Below, in pieces: positions 51,605-59,667 of a DNA stretch of 59,667 nucleotides. The notes beneath the pieces were generated by a model, which did not search any database, was not told the origin of the DNA, and saw nothing but the letters and a program-made list of their open reading frames with translations. Position numbers and translations under genes: made by a program. The DNA lies in assembly GCF_006345805.1 (NCBI RefSeq), contig NW_021832999.1:1-59667 (forward strand), read 5' to 3'. This DNA comes from Octopus sinensis (taxonomy: Eukaryota). The number at the start of each line of letters is the position of its first letter. Within the stretch, counting starts at the first letter, position 1.

Positions 51605-52380
51605 TGGGTACCGAAAAGAGTCCGGAATTTTGCAATATTATTTTACTCACTTAGATTTACATGTTTACACTTTTATCGCCTTCAAATTATTTTCCATTTG
51701 AAGCAATGCATCGGTCCAGACGCATTTCCACTGTTCGAAGCTGTTCTGGGAATCTTGTGAAACGATGCCTTTTATCGCCTCAGTCGATATTTTCGGTTCA
51801 CAACATGCATTCCGTCGAGACTGCTTTTGATCATCTGTTAACAACTGAGGCATAAATTTTGCGGAAACAATTTTTGCTCGCAATTCCTCGCCCAAAATTC
51901 TTTGGCTCCAAGACAAATCAGTCATATCAACAAGTTCATCCATTTTTCGGTGACGGTCCCTAAAGACCAGTTCATGAATTTTCATGTTTTCATTCGTCTG
52001 TGTGATGGAAGGTCACCTTGAATGAGAGTGTTTTCTTGAAGAGTGGAAACCACTCGTAAACTTGTGTTTTGCTCATGGCAGCGTCCTTGGGAGCTGTTTG
52101 AATCATGACAACTGTTTCAGTCGCCGTTTTCCCCACAGGAAACAGAATTTCACGGAAGCGCGCCGTTCCTTCGTTTCAGCCATCGCAAAAGTCGACGAAC
52201 AGGGGAGGAGCAATTCCAAATAAAGACGCATGACATGGCAGTACGACTGTACCAGATGACGCCGATCGCCAGACTGATGCCTGAGCGTTGATCCAAGTGG
52301 CTACTAGCGGCGGAAGCCTGAACTACAACGAGCTTGTCCGACAGAAAACGTTTCCGGTTACTTTTGGATACCTCCGCATA
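51605..52380 (-). mobile_element. Internally deleted mariner with both TIRs
   Basis: MAETKERRASVKFCF..GKTATETV.MIQTA..MSKTQVYEWF, then ORF 51665-51985 ..RILGEEL..VSAKFMPQLLTDDQKQSR joined directly to C-terminal FEQWK..W; the DDD domain is missing. TIR-like ends at 51605 and 52380. Confidence 0.85.
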
Positions 52381-52413
52381 TGAATATATATATATATATA
52401 TGTATATGTATAT

Positions 52414-52478
<65 letters not shown>

Positions 52479-52929
52479 TGTATACGTACCTTGTATCCAA
52501 TATTTCGGGGTTGTGAACCCATCTACTAGAAATTGACGTATGTGCGTGTGTGTGAGCGTGTGTGGAATGGACATATGCGGAAAGGTGTTGCTATAGTAAC
52601 AAGTTAACTTCTTGTAACTCCCTTTTGTTGTTGATCTTTTTGGTGTATGACGATGTCCTCAGAGATTCTAACATTGCTTCTGTTCTGCTGTGTTGCTTTG
52701 ATATGCACTGTGAATTCCAGGGTCTGGCATTACCATAGATGTTTATTGACGGAATTGAATTCATTGGATATGGAAACGGCTGTAGAACTGCAATGTCACA
52801 ATATGGATTTCAATATCTTTAGATAAACTGCTGTAAGCATGTCAACTTTGTAATTCATATATATATATATATATATACACAGAAAGAGAGAGAGAGATGT
52901 TCATACACATATACATACATAAATACTGT

Positions 52930-53122
52930 GTCTGTGTGGTAATTAGCTTGCTTACCAGCCACATGGTTCTGGGCTCAGTCCCACTGCGTGTCACCCTGAG
53001 CAAGTGTCTTCTTATATATTTATTGCCCTCAAGGGTGTCCTTTACTATAGCCTCGGGCCGACCAAGGCTGTGTGGGGGTTTGGTAGACGGAGCTGAAAGA
53101 AGCCCGTCGTATGTATATATAT

Positions 53123-53170
<48 letters not shown>

Positions 53171-53171
53171 G

Positions 53172-53205
<34 letters not shown>

Positions 53206-53227
53206 ATATATATTATATATATATATG

Positions 53228-53261
<34 letters not shown>

Positions 53262-53560
53262 TATATATAGATAGATAGATAGATAATTCGACAGATAGAT
53301 AGATTTATATATATTGTGTGTGTGTGTGTGTGCGCGCGCGCGTGCATATGTTTGTATGTGTGCGTGTTTGACCCCCACCATCGCTTGACAACTGATGCTG
53401 GTGTATTTACGCCCCCGTAACTTTGCGGTTCGGCAAAGAGAGACCAATAGAATAAGTACTAGGCTTACAAAGAATAAGTCATGGGGTCAATTTGTTCGAC
53501 TAAAGGCGATACTCCAGCATGGCCACAGTCAAATGACTGAAGCAAGTAAAAGAATAAAAG
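52930..53560 (+). mobile_element. SINE family A with expanded internal microsatellite
   Basis: Head at 52930, a ~250-bp (TA)/(GATA)/(GT) linker and the 3' half; an older copy follows at 53640-54060. Confidence 0.85.
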
Positions 53561-54949
53561 ATGTGTGTGTATGTGTGTGGGCACGTGTGTGTGTGTATCT
53601 ACGCATTCTCATACATGCATATATTTAGAGACAGAGATAGACACGGTTATGTGGTTAAGGAGTACATGTTGCACTCACGTGGTTTTGGGTTTCAGTCTCA
53701 GTACGTACTTGTTATAGCCCCTGATGAGTATCCAATGACATTTGGGTCAATTTGATACACAGAAAATGTATGGAAGCCTACCGTGTATGTGTGTGTTTGT
53801 GCTGGCGTCTATGCCTTTGTGTGTTTATGCATCTACACCTTCGTGTCTGGTTTTGTTTCACACGCCAACACCTTGACAGGCTAATGTTAGTTTGTCTACG
53901 TCCCAGTAAACCGGCGGTTCGGCAAACGTTACCTGTAGAATGCGTATCAGACTTTAAAAACACGAAACCGTTCGGAGATCGATCTCTTCGACTAAAAACC
54001 TTCCACTCTGTGTTCCAGCATGACTGCTGTCTAATGAAACAATTAAAAGATAAAAGATATTTCTGTATGCATGTCTGCCACCGTATTTCTAGCGTTTCAT
54101 ATCTTCATTCTTCTAGCTTTTTTCATACAACTAACCTCCTTTCATGCCTTTACATTTCTTAGTCTTTAAATTTCGTTCTAAATTAAAAAATTCCCTTTTA
54201 TCCTCATATCCTATCTCACAATAATATCGCATATCACGTCTTTCCGATATCCAAATTTCAGTTACTGCTTTATTTTCGACCTCTTTTATTTTATTACATT
54301 ATTCTTTTTTTTGAACCACCATTTATCTCATTTTACCATCTGCGTCTCAACATTTTAAAAACTTTATCTCAAACTCTATCCCTCTCAGTTTTATTTTCTT
54401 TTATTCTGCCATATTTTCTTTTTTTAAAACTAGTTTTATATGGGAAGAATTTGTTATTTTCCTTCTACCCTTTCAATATTAAAACTTTTTATTATTATTT
54501 TTCCTTCCCTAACAAATTGTTCTCTGTGTGATCTTTTGCATCATGGCCGCCAAACAATTAATTTAGTTTTATTATAGTTATGATCTGCTTACTAAATTTT
54601 AACAGCATCCAATGAACCTATAAACTATTCAGCTATTATCTCTGTTGCCTTAAATTTTTTAAATGTTATTACTAAATTAAATAGAAGATAAAATTGATAA
54701 AAAAAACAAAAACAAAAGAAAACAGAATATAAACCACGAGAAAAAATTAGACATAAAAAAGAAGAACCAAAAATAACAATTTCAAATTTTTAATATAAAT
54801 GGTTGAATTTTGTCATAAATGCAGACGGAATCGTCTGCCTGTTTCCGCTGAAGGAAAATTGCGACAATAAAACGCAAACGATTGGACTAATTGAAAAAGG
54901 AATTTAAATTCTGCTGTTATTATTATTATTTTTCTCATTCTCATTATTA

Positions 54950-54986
<37 letters not shown>

Positions 54987-55294
54987 CATTATTATTATTA
55001 TATTATTATTATTATTACCATTTTTGTTCTTTTAAAGATTCTTTAAATTAACATATTGTAATAGAAAGGTTGAAATGTTAACGTGGCTGCGAACGGATTA
55101 TATTTTTCGTCTTGTTTTCTTGATATTTTATTATATTTTATTTAACTATTTTTTTCTCTCTTCAAAATTAAGTTAATACAATAAGAATGAATATAAAAAT
55201 ATAAAACATTAAAATCGCACCCTCGTAATGTCAAAACAGGCAATATCAATATGTGACAGTGCAGCAAAATCACAGCAGCAGCAGCAGCAATAGC

Positions 55295-55358
<64 letters not shown>

Positions 55359-55829
55359 CTCAGGCTGTTTTATCATTGTTGAATCATTGACTTACACTTC
55401 TCGATCACAGAATTAGCTGTTGTGCTGTAGCAGACGATCATAATAGTTAGTTAGTGATGGTAGCAGAAATGGTTTCTTCATTTAGGAAGTGAAACAGTGG
55501 GACATAATTTCTAAAATGTCTAACCTGTATCAAGCCTAAAATCTATATTGATTTTTCACAACGGTGTAATATGTCGGCAATAAAATGGGCGTCACGTCGT
55601 TTCAATTAGTTTCAATATGTCTAACTGGTTGACATAATGAAGATGTCTTTCCAGAGATTGGGACCAAGCTGGAACTGGCAGCCAGATCTCTACCTTATTT
55701 CACTGCTACAGTCTGAGACAACTGAAGAGCTTGGAAGATATGGTAATCTCAGATCACTTTAATAGTTCTGCTGGATTGCGGTTTAACCGGAGCTAAGCAT
55801 GTAAATGACGAAACGTTTTTGCAAGTCAT

Positions 55830-56050
55830 ATAGACACATAGAAAGGTTCTCCCGGTTTATGCGGCGCATATATTCTTTCCTGGACGGGGCTCCGGTTCGT
55901 TGCAAGGATGCTCATTTTCGTCTGGTAAGTGGACTGGACCGATGTGAAATGAAGTGTTTTGCATAAAGATACAATGCATTGCGCTGTCCAGGAATCGAAA
56001 CCACAATCATGCGACTATGCGTCCAACACTCTAATCACTAAGCCATGCAT
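55830..56050 (-). mobile_element. SINE family C-type copy (tRNA head plus CORE-like segment)
   Basis: Minus strand reads gcatggcttagtgattagagtgttgg...ggtttcgattcctgg...aaaacacttcatttcac..ccagtccactt. Confidence 0.7.
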
Positions 56051-56289
56051 TTCGAACAAAGCGTAAATAGCAGAACTGATACCCAAGAAAGAATAAAAAG
56101 AAAAGAAAAGAATCCTGCTCCTGAATATATTTAATAAGAGCAAAGTATATCGAGAATAAATGTCGATTTGTATCTCACCTGCCATAATATAAAACGTTTT
56201 CTTTCAACTCTTTCTCTCCTCTCTTCTTCACTATACATACATACACACATACATACATACACACACACACATCACACACACACACACAC

Positions 56290-56336
<47 letters not shown>

Positions 56337-56492
56337 TATATATAATATATATTATATAGTTGGATCCCATCCCCAAAAACAAAGAGACGAAGAGGGTGTG
56401 TAAACAACAAACAATGTATTAGTTTAACGCTCGGAAGTGAGAAAGTCTGTTACCTTTGACCCTACGCTCTTCAGCATATATCACACCCAGTG

Positions 56493-56551
<59 letters not shown>

Positions 56552-56577
56552 ATATATAGAATCTATATAGATATATA

Positions 56578-56619
<42 letters not shown>

Positions 56620-56625
<6 letters not shown>

Positions 56626-56746
56626 TATATAGAAGGAGCTTCTACAGGACTAGAACTGTTTCATTCAAGAGAAATCTTCAGGAAGCTGAAGATTTCTCTT
56701 GAATGAAACATTTCTAGTCCTGTAGAAGCTCCTCTATATAATAAAT
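56620..56746. repeat. Near-perfect hairpin with a 4-nt loop; each arm has a hammerhead-like core
   Basis: Arms 56620-56681 and 56686-56746. Each reads CTGAAGA-T-TTC-tctt-GAA-T-GAAA-CA(G/T)TT outward from the centre, with AATAAA at the distal end; lies next to (TA)n. Confidence 0.9.
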
Positions 56747-56811
56747 TAATTTACTCTGCTATGTATTGAGTACCTTATTTACTGTGGTTAACCCCGAATC
56801 AACCCTGGACC

Positions 56812-56869
<58 letters not shown>

Positions 56870-57929
56870 TGCGGTGAATAAACACCTAAACACTCCGAAA
56901 TGTTCGTATTGCAGCTTCCGGAACGAATGCCAAGCAGTACAGAATGCCGTTTCCAAATTTCTGGCAGAGTGAATTGCATCATGGTACTGTTTCTCTCACA
57001 GATAGTGCCCAACTGGTCCTACTATATTGTGTAGTCGGCAAAAACAAAAACAAGCAATACACATGTATGAAATTAAAGATATGAAATAACTGGCGACAAT
57101 TTACCCATCGTACCCTGAACAGAGACACACACGCAAACACACACACACACACATATATTAAACTGGCTTAGTCATCTATTATTTGTCGCTATCGGATAAT
57201 GGTCATTTGATTGTAGATGTCATATGGTCCCTGGCTCGGGTAAAAAAAAAAGGAAGAGTGATCTGTCGAGGGAACAGCATCTCATGAGAAGAAAACAAAA
57301 CTAGTCTACTATGGAAACCATCCAGAAAAACCAAATAAAACTCCCACGGGTGACGAGGGTGGAAGCAGAAGTGTTGAATACATGAAAACCTACGTGAAGT
57401 TATTACGTTGAACAATGAGATATTAATGGTCTAAATCTTAACATTAAACTCTCTTGATTAAATATCATGATTAAACTAACACAATTAAGCGTTCAGACAT
57501 TTCAACAAAGAGGCGAGATAAACGGGTAAGTTAGAGAAAGAAATAGATTTGTATGGAGTCCTCTATACTGAGCATGAGTGAACTTAAGAGGCAGGGATGG
57601 TACAGGACTTCTAATAAGATTCATGGAAGAAACTTGTAACAAGATTCCCTGTAACAAGATTCATGCAAGCAGTGTCAATAAGCAACTAAGACTTGAAATG
57701 TCGATACATACACACACCCACAAACACACACACACATACTCACTGACACGCATATGCATTAAATACTTATCACTGCCTTGGTCTTCAGCTATCTCTTTAT
57801 AATATAGGCAGGGGAGGATGGGGAGAAGGAGGGAGATGGAAGAGGGGGAAGTGAAGAGGGACGAGATGGGGAGGATGTTGATGAATATGGTGACAATCTT
57901 GAAAACGGTAATAATAAAACAACAGCAAC

Positions 57930-57996
<67 letters not shown>

Positions 57997-58038
57997 CAAT
58001 TGTAATTATTATTATTATTAATAGTAGTAGTAGTAGTA

Positions 58039-58076
<38 letters not shown>

Positions 58077-58639
58077 TTGAAGCAAAGACAGGAAACAAAA
58101 TCTTGTATGAATTGCTCGATGCATCGAATTCATGATTTTGCAGATGAATCGCTATCTTTGTTTCTTCACAATTCCTATATAAGCATTAACGCAGACGCAC
58201 ACACATACACACACACACACTCACACACACATACCCGTATATAATTATGTATCTATGTATATCTATATATAAGACAATAGGTTTGTTTATGTTAGTGTGT
58301 GTGTATATATATATGTATGTATTTATATATGTATGTATGTACATGTGTGTATCGGTATATTCACACTCACACACACCGGCGCGATCATTCATATTTAATA
58401 ATTAATCATCTTTTAGGTCATCTAATTACGAGTCTCTTCTCTATAAACTAATGTATGATTAGGTTTTTTTTCTTTTTTTTTATGAGATTCTTTCGTCCTT
58501 TTATTCTCTTCTAATCGAGCTCGCCAATTGTCAACAACGTTATTGAAAACATGTAACGAAGTCGGACTTGATACTGAAACAGATTGTGTGAGTAAAAGTT
58601 ACGAGACCAGCTGCACCGATGATACAAAATTATAGCACG

Positions 58640-59215
58640 GAAAAAAGAACCCTGACGACGTCGCAAAGCTGACAGCGGAACCCGAATGCAATATCCAAGA
58701 GGGCCAGATAAAACAATACGCAGTTTAATGCTGGAAAATTTCAAGCACTGCTCTATCGGCTCACAAATGCATGACAGCCCGTATATAAAACGACCGAAGG
58801 CACCGCTATCTCAAAGTTACAGATTGTAAGAGACTGGAGAATCAGTTTGTGTAATGATGCAGTCCTGAGCACAATTCAAAGATGGTAACAAAGTCTAAAA
58901 AATAGGCAAGATTCATATGATGGTGCTTCAGGACAAGAGACCATAGTGTTATGTTAATCTCGTGGAAGATCTTTCTTTTCTCAGGCCGCTGGACTACTGA
59001 TCTCGACTGTGATCACTGCAGAGTGTCAACCTGACAGTAGAGCTTGAAGTGATACGAGAATACAGCACCAAATAAACTGCCACAGTGCAGCAGATGAACT
59101 TCTGGAAGAAGCTGAAAGACTATGACTTGAATCCTTTGAGCCAAGATGTGACAGATATGCGACAAATAGGCAATAATTTACATGTTGAAAATTCTGGAAC
59201 GGCCAGCACCTAAAT
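58640..59215 (+). mobile_element. CR1/L2-group LINE remnant, same family as 8600-9570
   Basis: Shared blocks FNAGKFQAL, FRTRD..VML..WK, LDY.S and gcagcagatga..ctgg..gctgaaa. Confidence 0.75.
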
Positions 59216-59298
59216 ATGTGTTGTGTAGTGTATGTGTGTTGTGTGTGTGTGTGTGTATACACATACATGTGTGTGTGTACATGTAATATGAGACAATT

Positions 59299-59478
59299 AT
59301 TCGGTAGCCATGATAAAACTCCGAGTTTTGGATGCCGAGGTGGAAATCCACGCCGCCATCTCTTAGTTATCCGACCGTCGGAGTAGCATTTTTTCCGATG
59401 GCCGGATAACTGAAGAGATGCGGCGGTGGATTTCCACCTCGGCATCCGAAACTCGGAGTTTTGATCATGGTACCGAAT
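59299..59478. repeat. GC-rich ~180-bp hairpin; each arm has a hammerhead motif
   Basis: Arms 59299-59382 and 59394-59478, 11-nt loop. Confidence 0.9.
59405..59466 (+). ncRNA. Minimal type I hammerhead ribozyme motif
   Basis: GATAA-CTGAAGA-GATGCggcGGTGGA-tt-TCCACCtcgGCATC-C-GAAA-CTCgGAG-TT-TTgATC; stem I has one bulge and the site is GUU. The mirror copy has core CTAAGA/AAAA (broken). Confidence 0.65.
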
Positions 59479-59667
59479 ATTGCCACAATATTACATTTAC
59501 ACATAAATTCCTCTATTTACATATATCGAGAGTATCTTTCATTATTTGTTGTCTTACCATTTTGATCAATATATATAAAACTGCACCCAACATCAACCAC
59601 AAAACCAGCAGTTAGAAAATGTGGAAGGCCCAACTGCGGATCTGTGTCATCTTAGTAGAAGGTCAGA

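Noticed and set aside
56440-56480. Hammerhead-like CTGAAGA on the minus strand (similar flanking sequence at about 7865-7925)
   Set aside because: GAAA is replaced by AAAG and stems II and III cannot be formed; probably a decayed relative, not callable.
57220-57370. Possible RTE-type 5' UTR or HDV-like remnant
   Set aside because: The resemblance is from memory only and the sequence is too degenerate to fold or assign.
57477-57531. Candidate 29-nt micro-exon (CTAAC...ttcAG / cgg|GTAAGT)
   Set aside because: Weak polypyrimidine tract, and such motifs are expected by chance in 60 kb.

Overview
This is AT-rich, microsatellite-saturated eukaryotic non-coding DNA. The SINE, LINE and microsatellite make-up suggests an octopus-type cephalopod (inference, not checked). 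I see no host protein-coding gene, tRNA, rRNA or CRISPR array, and most ORF-track entries are translations of (TA)n, (CA)n, (TTA)n or (GATA)n runs. The recognisable content is decayed mobile DNA: three tRNA-headed SINE families (called A, B and C here, with B often in tandem arrays), RTE and CR1-type LINE remnants, several mariner remnants, a FLYWCH-MULE transposase fossil and several MITE/foldback hairpins. The most interesting signal is a set of minimal type I hammerhead ribozyme (HHR) motifs of the kind carried by Penelope-like elements (PLEs). Two are standalone and near-intact (39278-39366, 8138-8218) and two are degenerate with a U3/A8 core (36224, 40257). Three sequence-unrelated DNA palindromes (34590-34932, 56620-56746, 59299-59478) carry an HHR core on each arm, pointing outward from the centre. 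All folds and alignments were done by eye, and repeat boundaries are approximate.
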